Assembly (NCBI GenBank): GCA_965216875.1
Contig: OZ244207.1
Location: 3,840,001-3,904,000 of the forward strand
Length of the DNA: 64,000 nucleotides
Reading direction: 5' to 3'
Source of the DNA: Rubripirellula sp.
Lineage (GTDB): Bacteria; Planctomycetota; Planctomycetia; Pirellulales; Pirellulaceae
The position numbers were made by a program, and so were the translations under genes. Below the pieces are notes generated by a model that saw only the letters and a list, made by a program, of their open reading frames with translations, was not told the DNA's origin and did not search any database. Shown piece after piece: positions 10,101-19,039 of this stretch (within the stretch, counting starts at the first letter, position 1; every line of letters starts with the position of its first letter).

Positions 10101-10252
10101 TCAGTGTGGACCGCAAATCCGGGCGACAGGGTTGGCTGCGATGCCCCACCATGCGGGTGAAAAAAGCGACATCGCGGTGGCTGTTTCGCCACCATCGTCG
10201 CAATTGGCTGCCAATTCCGGCGATTTGACGCGACTTTTCTCTTCCATGCGAT

Positions 10253-10268
10253 TGGCACGCCAAATGCT
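10253..10268 (+). promoter_or_regulatory. Sigma54 (-24/-12) promoter for the DUF1559 gene
   Basis: TGGCACGCCAAATGCT: GG 10254-55, N10, GC 10266-67; 80 bp upstream of ATG 10348; enhancer-binding protein encoded divergently. Confidence 0.8.
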
Positions 10269-10347
10269 TGATTATCACGGAAGAATCTCTTTGCAATCGC
10301 TTCCAGATAGCCACCTTCCAGGATAAACCCCGCGAGTCCAACACGGA

Positions 10348-11355
10348 ATGAACAGACCACGAAACGCCTTCACTCTTGTCGAACTCCTTGTCGTGATCGC
10401 CATCATCGGAATCCTGGTGGGCTTGCTGCTGCCGGCTGTCCAGGCGGCGCGCGAGGCGGCTCGGCGGATGTCTTGCCAGAACAACCTGAAACAAATCAGC
10501 CTGGCAATGCATAACTACCACGCGGCCTTTAAACAGTTCCCTTCATCGGCAGTCGTCGATTTGTCAGTCACCAGCACCGGCAACAATGGCTCGTGGGGCG
10601 TTCACGGGCGGATCTTGCCCTTTTTGGAAGAGTCCAATCTTTATGAACGCGTCGACTTGTCGATTGGTTGGGATCACCAAGACGCGATCGACGGTGTGAA
10701 GATTGGCACCTACGCGTGCCCGAGCGATCCGGGAAGTGATCAAGAGCGGATCTTTAGCGACAACCGACCTACGCTCTATCCAACCAACTACACCTTTAAC
10801 TTTGGCACCTGGTTCGTGTTTGACCCGCAAACGCGAAAAGGGGGTGAAGGCATGTTCTATCCGAATTCCAACCGCAAATTCCGCGATTGCTTGGATGGAA
10901 CGTCCACCACACTGATGGCGGCCGAAGCCAAAGCATGGACGCCTTACTATCGCAACGGCGGACCGCCCACGACCGACATTCCCAATGATGTCGACACGCT
11001 GGTCACCGTCGCCGTGACCGGTGCGCAGTTCAAAGAGACCGGTCACACCGAGTGGCCTGATGGACGCGTTCACCACACCGGTTTTACGACCGTGATGACT
11101 CCCAACACCAAAGTGCTTCATGTCCGCAATGGTGTCGAACTCGATATCGACTACAACTCGTGGCAGGAGGGTAGGGATGGTAGCGCCGGCAACCCAACCT
11201 ATGCCGCGATCACTAGTCGCAGTCATCACGTCGGCCTAGTTCACGTCGCGTTTATGGATGGGTCAGTGACATCGATCACCGATTCGATCGACCGGGATAC
11301 ATGGCGAGCGATGAGTACCCGCGCTCGAAAAGAGTCGATCCAGCGCGAAGAGTGA
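10348..11355 (+). CDS. DUF1559 prepilin-type N-methylation domain protein
   Basis: AFTLVELLVVIAIIGILVGLLLPAVQAAREAARRMSCQNNLKQ; C-terminal H-X9-DG motif (SHHVGLVHVAFMDGSV). Confidence 0.95.
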   Translation: MNRPRNAFTLVELLVVIAIIGILVGLLLPAVQAAREAARRMSCQNNLKQISLAMHNYHAAFKQFPSSAVVDLSVTSTGNNGSWGVHGRILPFLEESNLYERVDLSIGWDHQDAIDGVKIGTYACPSDPGSDQERIFSDNRPTLYPTNYTFNFGTWFVFDPQTRKGGEGMFYPNSNRKFRDCLDGTSTTLMAAEAKAWTPYYRNGGPPTTDIPNDVDTLVTVAVTGAQFKETGHTEWPDGRVHHTGFTTVMTPNTKVLHVRNGVELDIDYNSWQEGRDGSAGNPTYAAITSRSHHVGLVHVAFMDGSVTSITDSIDRDTWRAMSTRARKESIQREE

Positions 11356-11364
11356 TCCAAGCTA

Positions 11365-11636
11365 CTTTCTTACCCGAGGGCTCGGTGAAAGGACGTGGCC
11401 TGAGTCACGTTCGCACCCCCACGACAGAAGTCGTCAACGGGAACGGAGTCGATCAAGGCCACTGTTTCCGTTCGTACAATGCCAACTGCTCTTCCCGCCG
11501 ATTTCCGTACGGGAGTCGGTAGAGCTCAGAAACACTGCAAATCGTGCAACAGCATCCGCTGGGGCGCGGGAGACCAGTGAAATCCGGGAAGTCGGCCTCC
11601 GCTTCGCGAGAGCAGCGTCGGCAAACGCAGCTTTTT
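11365..11636 (+). ncRNA. Candidate structured RNA or cis-regulatory element (unassigned)
   Basis: Five to six closely spaced hairpins with G-U pairs on the + strand, ending in a weak stem plus T5; matches no RNA family I recognise. Confidence 0.25.
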
Positions 11637-11877
11637 GTGAAGCAAAAGAGGTCGATATGGAAACTCGACTGAAATCGTCACAGCCTCTCGACCGGCGACG
11701 ATCCGTATTTTGCAGGGCGAGAAAGCCGCAATGGAGGCGCGAAATTGCCTGGTTGCTGCTATTCTGTGAACAAGGCGTGAAGTGCCCCTTCGGGAAAATC
11801 TTCCCAATTGACGCACTTTCCCGTTTCGCGAGAGATCGCAGACCCGTCTTTGACCGAGATATTTGGAAGGATTTTGA

Positions 11878-12939
11878 ATGTCCGCTGATGCCGCGGCTAA
11901 TGAAAAGCTGGATGAGGCCGATGCTGGGCGGCTGCACGAAGCCCGCAACAAGATTATCGACGAGCTGGGCAAGATTATCGTCGGTCAAGAATCGGTCGTG
12001 AACGAATTGATGATCGGGCTCTTCAGCCGCGGCCACGTGATGCTGGAAGGCGTGCCGGGACTCGCCAAGACGCTGATGATCAGCACGCTGGCTCGAGCGC
12101 TCGACCTCAGTTTCAGCCGAATCCAATTCACGCCTGACCTGATGCCGGCCGACGTCACCGGAACCGAGGTGATGGAAGAAGACCGATCGACAGGGCATCG
12201 CGAATTCCGATTCATGGAAGGACCGCTCTTTGCCAACGTCGTTCTGGCTGACGAGATCAACCGTACGCCTCCCAAAACGCAAGCCGCATTGCTCGAAGCG
12301 ATGCAGGAACGGCAAGTCACTGTCGGACGCAACCGACACCAGCTCGCCGATCCCTTCTTTGTCCTCGCGACTCAAAACCCGATCGAGCAGGAAGGCACCT
12401 ACCCGCTGCCCGAAGCTCAACAAGACCGCTTCATGTTCAAGGTCTACGTCGAGTACCCAAACTTTGACGAAGAGTTTGAGGTGGCACGACGAACAACAGG
12501 TACTCAGACGGCCGATGTCGATCCGGTTCTTGGTGCTGAAGAAATCCTTCGGCTGCAAGAACTCGTTCGTAAAGTCCCGGTGAGTGACCATGTGATTCGC
12601 TACACACTTTCACTTGTTCGCCAAACCCGCGTCGGCAGTGAAGGTGTTCCTGACTTTGTTGATGACTTGGTTGGCTGGGGTGCCGGTCCGCGTGCGGTTC
12701 AGTTCTTGATTTTGGGCGGTAAAGCACGTGCCCTTCTCGAAGGCCGCTTCCACGTTCAAGTCGAAGACATCCAAGCACTTGCCAAACCTGTGCTTCGCCA
12801 TCGAATGGTTGTCAACTTTGCTGCCGAAAGCGAAGGAGTGACCAGCGACGAAGTGATCGACCGCATCATCGCGGCAACGCCCGAGACGGAGGATGAGCTT
12901 TCACGCGATGCCCGATTCCAAAAGATATTTGCGTCCTGA
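11878..12939 (+). CDS. MoxR-family AAA+ ATPase
   Basis: [66 protein letters not shown]. Confidence 0.96.
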   Translation: MSADAAANEKLDEADAGRLHEARNKIIDELGKIIVGQESVVNELMIGLFSRGHVMLEGVPGLAKTLMISTLARALDLSFSRIQFTPDLMPADVTGTEVMEEDRSTGHREFRFMEGPLFANVVLADEINRTPPKTQAALLEAMQERQVTVGRNRHQLADPFFVLATQNPIEQEGTYPLPEAQQDRFMFKVYVEYPNFDEEFEVARRTTGTQTADVDPVLGAEEILRLQELVRKVPVSDHVIRYTLSLVRQTRVGSEGVPDFVDDLVGWGAGPRAVQFLILGGKARALLEGRFHVQVEDIQALAKPVLRHRMVVNFAAESEGVTSDEVIDRIIAATPETEDELSRDARFQKIFAS

Positions 12940-13810
12940 AGTCACGACGCGGATTCGTCGTCTGGAATTGACCGCGCGCCGCGTCGTCGAAGGCTTCCTT
13001 TCCGGGATGCACCGCAGCCCGTACTTTGGTCAGTCGATCGAGTTTCTTCAACACCGCCAATACACACGCGGTGATGAGATTCGACACATCGACTGGAAGG
13101 TGTATGCGCGGCAAGACCGACTGCACATCAAACAGTACGAAGAAGAAACCAATCTCCGTCTCACGCTGTTGGTCGATCGCAGTGGCAGCATGGCCTACGG
13201 CGACGACGAAACCAACAAGTTCGATTACTCGGCATCGATCGCCGCATCACTTGCCTACCTGGCACTCCGCCAAAAAGACGCGACCGGCCTCTTTACGTTC
13301 GACACCGAACTTCAAGCATCGGTGCCGGCCAAAAGCAATCAGCAACAACTCACCCGAATCCTTTCCGTTCTCGATTCGGTCGGCGCGGATGGGCGAACCG
13401 ATTTGCCCCGTGTGGCTCGACAGGTAGGGCAGGGGATTCCGAAACGGGGGTTGGTCGTCATCATCTCGGATCTGCTTGGCGTCGATAAACTGATGGAGGG
13501 CTTGCGTGTGCTTCGCCAATGCGGCCACGACGTTGCTCTCTTTCACGTCATGCACGATGACGAAATGGATTTCGACTTCACCGGTGCGACACGCTTTGAA
13601 GGTCTCGAAACCGACGACTTCTTGAACTGCAATCCACGAGCGTTGCGCGAGGGCTACCTCGAAGCACTCAACGACTTCCTCGAAAAAACGCGACAAGCTT
13701 GCGGTCGCCTTTCGATCGATTACTTGCAGGTTCGGACCAGCGAACCGCTCGATGCCGTGTTGGCAAAATTCCTGGCCACTCGACAATCGCTCCCTAAATT
13801 GAGGTCCTAG
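12908..13810 (+). CDS. DUF58 domain protein
   Basis: [37 protein letters not shown]; usual position after moxR; ATG 12908. Confidence 0.93.
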   Translation: MPDSKRYLRPEVTTRIRRLELTARRVVEGFLSGMHRSPYFGQSIEFLQHRQYTRGDEIRHIDWKVYARQDRLHIKQYEEETNLRLTLLVDRSGSMAYGDDETNKFDYSASIAASLAYLALRQKDATGLFTFDTELQASVPAKSNQQQLTRILSVLDSVGADGRTDLPRVARQVGQGIPKRGLVVIISDLLGVDKLMEGLRVLRQCGHDVALFHVMHDDEMDFDFTGATRFEGLETDDFLNCNPRALREGYLEALNDFLEKTRQACGRLSIDYLQVRTSEPLDAVLAKFLATRQSLPKLRS

Positions 13811-13878
13811 GCTCCGACAACCAACGCGTCACCGCATTCGTCCACTTCCTTCCGTTTTCCCCACTGCTTTAGCTCCCT

Positions 13879-16269
13879 TTGTTCCTCTACCCCGCCTTAA
13901 CGATCGGCTTTCTGTTTGTCGCGGTGCCACTGTTGGTGCACCTGATCAACATGCTGCGCCATCGGCGACAGCGTTGGGCGGCAATGGACTTTCTGCTCGC
14001 CAGCTATCGCAAACAGAAGAAGTGGATTCGTTTGCGACAGCTGCTGTTGCTTCTGTCGCGTTTGGCAGCCGCAGCGATTTTGATCGCCATGCTTTGCGGT
14101 TGGACAGGCGGTGGTCAGATGCTCGGACTGCTTGGCGGACAAACAACGCATCACGTTGTCATTCTTGACGACAGCTACTCGATGTCCGATCGAAGTGTTG
14201 GTGCCGGCGCCCGTCGTGACGCCGACAATCGTGCCACCGCTTACGGTCGTTCACTCAAAGCACTCGAAGACCTGACACGCCGACTCGCAAACGACCAAGG
14301 CAACCACCAGCTAACCGTCATGCGGGCAAGTCGTGCCGCGTTGACCGTCCGAGGCGGGAGCGATTCAGGTGACGCCGCCGCAGACCTTTCCGCACAAACG
14401 GTCACCCGCGATGGGCGTCTGATCAATCGCTTGATGTCGACAACGTCATCTCCAATCCGCACCGACTTGGTACCCGCTCTCGATTTGGCTGGCGAGCTGA
14501 TCGAATCGACACCGGCGGACCAAAAGGTGCTCTACATCGCGAGTGACTTTCGCTCTCGAGATTGGGCACAACCCGAACGGCTTGCCGAATCGATGCGTGG
14601 GCTTGCCGATGGGGACGTGCAAGTTCGCATGATCGACTGTGCCTACAAGGCGGCCCCCAACCTCGCGATCACTGACGTTTCGCCCAAACAAGATGTGTGG
14701 GTTGCTGGCGTTCCGGTGGTGTTTGACGTCACGGTCAAAAACTACTCGCCCAATCCCGTCAAGAATGTTGCCATCACGGGGCGGGTGATCCGCTATCCAA
14801 AAACACTCGAACTCGCCGACCCAACCCTCCAATTCAGTGGCGAAATCGAGTCGCTGCCAACGATGATGATCGAGTCGATCGCAGCCGGTGGCGAGATCAC
14901 AAAGAGTTTTCAAGTCTTTGTGACCGAACAGGGAACCCACGCGATCGAAGTATCGCTGCCCGAAGACGCTTTGCTGATCGACAACAAACGGGTTTGCACG
15001 CTGCCGCTGACCGACGCCGAGAAGGTGTTGGTGATCGACAACGATCCCGATGGCCGTGGCGCCTACCACATCCAGTCGGTTTTGAATCCGGGCAGCCAGG
15101 TTCGCATTGGCGCGATCCCCGACGTTCAACCACCTGCCTTCCTGCGATCGGCAACGCTCGACAAGTTGGCTGGCTACCGCGCGATCTACTTGATCGACAT
15201 ACCCGAAATTGGGGAAAACGCCGCCGATGCCCTTTCACAATATGTCGCCCGCGGCGGCGGCCTCGCTTGGTTCTTGGGAAGCAATGTCAGCCGTGATTCC
15301 TATAACTCCAACCTGCTTGCTCAAGACCGTTTCCTGCTGCCCGCGCCACTAACTCAGCTTTCCGACTTACCTCAAGCCGAGGACAACAACACCGCGGACG
15401 TTGTCTTTGGTGAAGAAACCTCGCTGACGGCTCCCCTTCGCCCCGCCGGTGATGCCGCGTTTGGCTTGGTTGGATTGGCACGATCTTGGGAATTGGAAGC
15501 GGCAAGCGAGCTTGCCGATGACGATGCGATCGACCGTCCCCGAATCCGCGCGGCACTCAGCCGTCACGACGGCAAACCCTTTGCGACGCTTCATGAAGTT
15601 GGCCAGGGCCGAATCCTTACCGTTTTGGCGGGCCTCGATGGACAATGGACGAATTGGCCCGGCGATCCAACATTCGTTGTCTTTATGCTGCAAGCCAATG
15701 CACACCTTTGGAGCGGTGCCGCACCTCCGACTTCTCGTTTTGTTGACGATGTCACCAAACAACGTTTCGACGCAATGGAGTTCACGTCGGATGCAACCTA
15801 CTTTCCCGCCGTAGACGAACCACCACGGGTGCCGATCGAGATGCCAGGCGCACTGGGAGATGATGTGCAAGGCGTCGTCGACTTTGGATTCGATCCACAT
15901 GAACGCGTCATCGATGGCCAAGACAACATCGATGTGCTGCTTCGCCCCGGAGTTTCCGAATGGGCCCTGACACGATCAACAGGGCAGGGGGCTGTGTTGC
16001 CGGTGGCTTCCGTGATTCGCATCGGCGAAGGCGACCTGTCGCGAGCCAACCCCAATGAAATCCAACAAGAGCTCTTGCCGCTTGATGTGAAATTCGTCAG
16101 CAGCACGGTATGGAGTGACGAAAACCGAACAGCCGGAAGCTCCACGCTCACCCTCCTGCTGCTCGGCTTGCTCGGGACGATCCTGGCGGGCGAACAGTTC
16201 CTTGCCTATTGGGCCAGTTACCACGTCGCGCCCAAAACCGCCTCCCAAACTCGCGGAGGTGGACGATGA
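13879..16269 (+). CDS. BatA N-terminal double-TM domain + VWA + Ig-like + glutamine-amidotransferase-like membrane protein
   Basis: PLLVHLIN...WAAMDFL (BatA/TIGR02226-type), MIDAS DDSYSM and IASDF, NLAITDV, YVARGGGLAWFLG, C-terminal TM; TTG start. Confidence 0.88.
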   Translation: MFLYPALTIGFLFVAVPLLVHLINMLRHRRQRWAAMDFLLASYRKQKKWIRLRQLLLLLSRLAAAAILIAMLCGWTGGGQMLGLLGGQTTHHVVILDDSYSMSDRSVGAGARRDADNRATAYGRSLKALEDLTRRLANDQGNHQLTVMRASRAALTVRGGSDSGDAAADLSAQTVTRDGRLINRLMSTTSSPIRTDLVPALDLAGELIESTPADQKVLYIASDFRSRDWAQPERLAESMRGLADGDVQVRMIDCAYKAAPNLAITDVSPKQDVWVAGVPVVFDVTVKNYSPNPVKNVAITGRVIRYPKTLELADPTLQFSGEIESLPTMMIESIAAGGEITKSFQVFVTEQGTHAIEVSLPEDALLIDNKRVCTLPLTDAEKVLVIDNDPDGRGAYHIQSVLNPGSQVRIGAIPDVQPPAFLRSATLDKLAGYRAIYLIDIPEIGENAADALSQYVARGGGLAWFLGSNVSRDSYNSNLLAQDRFLLPAPLTQLSDLPQAEDNNTADVVFGEETSLTAPLRPAGDAAFGLVGLARSWELEAASELADDDAIDRPRIRAALSRHDGKPFATLHEVGQGRILTVLAGLDGQWTNWPGDPTFVVFMLQANAHLWSGAAPPTSRFVDDVTKQRFDAMEFTSDATYFPAVDEPPRVPIEMPGALGDDVQGVVDFGFDPHERVIDGQDNIDVLLRPGVSEWALTRSTGQGAVLPVASVIRIGEGDLSRANPNEIQQELLPLDVKFVSSTVWSDENRTAGSSTLTLLLLGLLGTILAGEQFLAYWASYHVAPKTASQTRGGGR

Positions 16270-19025
16270 ACTTGAGCGGAAACTCGCGGCAGATCGTTTA
16301 CGAATTCGCACGTGCAACCACCTTGGAAGGCTGGTGGATTTGGGCGTTGCTGGTCGGCTGCTTGTCAGCCATTTTGTACGGTTGCATTCGGCTGTATCGT
16401 CGCGATGTCAATGAGTTGCCCAAACCGATCCGCTTCACGCTGATCGCGCTGCGCATCACAACGATCCTGGCACTCGTCTTCTTCTTTTTTGACCTGCAAC
16501 GTCGCACCGAGCGAATGGTCACGCGACCGAGTGAAGTTGCCGTGCTCGTCGACGTGTCACAGAGCATGTCGCTTCCCGCGTTGGTCAACCCAACCTCACA
16601 AAGCCGCTCGGAACGGGTCGCTCAATTACTCGACCAATCCGAAATCCTAACCAAGCTCGAATCCGAACACCGAGTCAGCGTCTACTCGTTCGGCGACCAG
16701 TCCGAACCACAGTTGGTCGAGACGCGCGGCGGTCAAACAACCACCGACGAGAACACCGATCGGGTCGAATCAAGTCGCTCCGCAACACTGGCCGCCCTGC
16801 TAGGTGCGCTGCTGATCGCCGCCGCGATCCTTTGCGGATTGATTTCGTTTGTTGTCGGCGCCTTCGGACGGGCTCCCGTTCATGATGCCGAACAGGGCCG
16901 AGGCGGAAGCCTCGGTTGGTGGGTCGCCGCATGCGGCGTCACGCTTGTTCTTGGAACGGTCTTGTTGGGAAGTGTCTACACGATTCACACCAGCTATTCG
17001 CTCGCCGAGATATTGAGCGGCCAAGACCTTCGCTCGAGTGACGATGACCAGGAAGACGAAGACGCGCAAAGCGATGCGGATGAAACGCAACGGAAACGGG
17101 TGACCGACTGGTCCGAAATCGTCGCGGCAACTGCTCCGGAAAGTCGTATCGGCGACGCAATCAACAGCGTGCTGACCGACCATGATCCCTCCACACTTGC
17201 CGGAATCGTTCTACTCACCGACGGCCAAAGCAACGGCGGTGTCGACGGCAGCAGTGCGATTGCCTCTGCCCGTCGTAGCGAAGTTGCCGTCTATCCCGTC
17301 GGTTTGGGAAGCAGTTCCGCCCCGATCAATGTGCGGATCGTCGACCTCGATGCCCCGCGCCGCGTTTACCCGGGTGACAAATTTTCGATTTCGGCCATCC
17401 TGCAGGGCAGTGGGCCCAAACCGATGGAAGTCGAAGTGCAGCTGCTTGATGGTCTCGACTCCGATTCAGACGACCAACCCGTCGGCGAAGTCATCGATTC
17501 GCAAAAGGCGACGGTCAAGAATGACGGAACACTTTCGGGCATTCGATTTGAGCTCGAACCCGAATCCGTTGGTCGGCGGCGACTGGCCGTTCGAGTTGTC
17601 GCCCCGGCCGAAGATCGCAACAAAGAAGATGACATTCGTGATGCTCGCTACGAAGTCGTCTCACGAAAATTGCGAGTGCTCGCGGTTGCCGGCGGCCCAA
17701 CTCGCGAATACCGCTTTGTCCGCAATTTGCTTCATCGTGACAACTCGATCGAAGTTGACGTTTGGCTTCAAACGGGACGCCCCGGGTTGAGCCAAGACGC
17801 AAACGATGTCTTATTCGAGTTTCCCCAGACTGCGGAACAACTATTCGAGTACGACGCCATCTGTGTGTTTGATCCTGACTGGAGCCAGTTCGGCGCCAAC
17901 TCGCTCGAACTGCTCGACCGCTGGCTATCACAACAAGCCGGTGGCATGATCATCGTTGCCGGTCCGGTCTATCACCCGCAATGGAACCGAAAACGAACCG
18001 ACCCTCGTGTGGCTCGCATCGCTGGTTTCTTCCCCGTCAACCTCTCCACGCGCGGACCACTGTTGGGTGGCGGTCGCCAAGGGGGTTCAAACGCGTGGCC
18101 AATCGACTTCACACCCGAAGCGAGACGAGCCGAATTCTTGTGGATCGCCGAAGACCCAGAAGAGAGCTTTGACATTTGGGAACGCTTTGGCGGGGTCTAC
18201 GATTACGTCGGAACCAAGAGCGCCAAACCAGGCGCGAAAGTCTACGGTCACTTCTCGGACCCAACGGCCGAAGTCGGCGGAACAGCGCCAATATTCCTCG
18301 CGTCACAGTTCTACGGCGCCGGCCGCGTCTTCTTCCAAGGCAGCGGCGAGATTTGGCGTTTGCGAGGCGAAAGTGACGCACACTTCGACAGCTACTACAC
18401 CAAACTTGTTCGTTGGGTCAGTAGCGGTCGTCTGCTTCGTGACAGCAACCGTGGTGTGCTGTTGGTCGACACCGGCAAAGCGATGGTCGGCGATACCATT
18501 ACGATTCGCGCGGTGTTGACGGACGATCAATTCGAACCACTCGATGTCCCGGAAGTCCCCGCCAAACTCTTGACGCCTGGTGGAAGGATCGACGACATCC
18601 GTCTGCTTCCCCTCAAAGGCGAACCGCGAGCGGGCACCTACGGCGGACGATTCATCGTTCGCGAAGCGGGCAGCTATGAACTTCGCCTCACGCTCGGCGA
18701 CGCATTGGATGAACAAGTCCTACGCCAAAATGTGCAAGTTCGGCTGCCGACGATTGAACTTGAACGACCACGGCGAAACGATGCCGAACTGGAACAGTTC
18801 GCGTCGATCACCGGCGGCAAGTATTTGCGTATTGACGAAGAGACAACCGACGCAAGTGTCACCGAAGAATTAGTGTCGTTGGTCCGACCGCAACCTCAGT
18901 CGACCATCCTGCCTGGAACACCCGATGTCGACTTTAAAGAGCGTCGAAACGCAATCTTGATGTGGCTGATCGCCTCGATGCTCACCATGGAATGGATCAC
19001 ACGGAGGCTGCATCGCTTGGCGTAG
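16266..19025 (+). CDS. VWA + glutamine-amidotransferase-like large membrane protein
   Basis: ATGA overlap with the previous stop; N-terminal TMs, DVSQSM and LLTDG MIDAS, REYRFVRNLL, YGAGRVFF, C-terminal EWITRR. Confidence 0.85.
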   Translation: MNLSGNSRQIVYEFARATTLEGWWIWALLVGCLSAILYGCIRLYRRDVNELPKPIRFTLIALRITTILALVFFFFDLQRRTERMVTRPSEVAVLVDVSQSMSLPALVNPTSQSRSERVAQLLDQSEILTKLESEHRVSVYSFGDQSEPQLVETRGGQTTTDENTDRVESSRSATLAALLGALLIAAAILCGLISFVVGAFGRAPVHDAEQGRGGSLGWWVAACGVTLVLGTVLLGSVYTIHTSYSLAEILSGQDLRSSDDDQEDEDAQSDADETQRKRVTDWSEIVAATAPESRIGDAINSVLTDHDPSTLAGIVLLTDGQSNGGVDGSSAIASARRSEVAVYPVGLGSSSAPINVRIVDLDAPRRVYPGDKFSISAILQGSGPKPMEVEVQLLDGLDSDSDDQPVGEVIDSQKATVKNDGTLSGIRFELEPESVGRRRLAVRVVAPAEDRNKEDDIRDARYEVVSRKLRVLAVAGGPTREYRFVRNLLHRDNSIEVDVWLQTGRPGLSQDANDVLFEFPQTAEQLFEYDAICVFDPDWSQFGANSLELLDRWLSQQAGGMIIVAGPVYHPQWNRKRTDPRVARIAGFFPVNLSTRGPLLGGGRQGGSNAWPIDFTPEARRAEFLWIAEDPEESFDIWERFGGVYDYVGTKSAKPGAKVYGHFSDPTAEVGGTAPIFLASQFYGAGRVFFQGSGEIWRLRGESDAHFDSYYTKLVRWVSSGRLLRDSNRGVLLVDTGKAMVGDTITIRAVLTDDQFEPLDVPEVPAKLLTPGGRIDDIRLLPLKGEPRAGTYGGRFIVREAGSYELRLTLGDALDEQVLRQNVQVRLPTIELERPRRNDAELEQFASITGGKYLRIDEETTDASVTEELVSLVRPQPQSTILPGTPDVDFKERRNAILMWLIASMLTMEWITRRLHRLA

Positions 19026-19039
19026 CCAAGTTCATCATC

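Noticed and set aside
11365..11636. Assignment as a cobalamin, FMN or SAM-I riboswitch
   Set aside because: Only fragments resemble them (GGGAA, GCCACTG, GTGAAA); order is wrong, B12 box and other core motifs are absent, and neighbouring genes do not fit.
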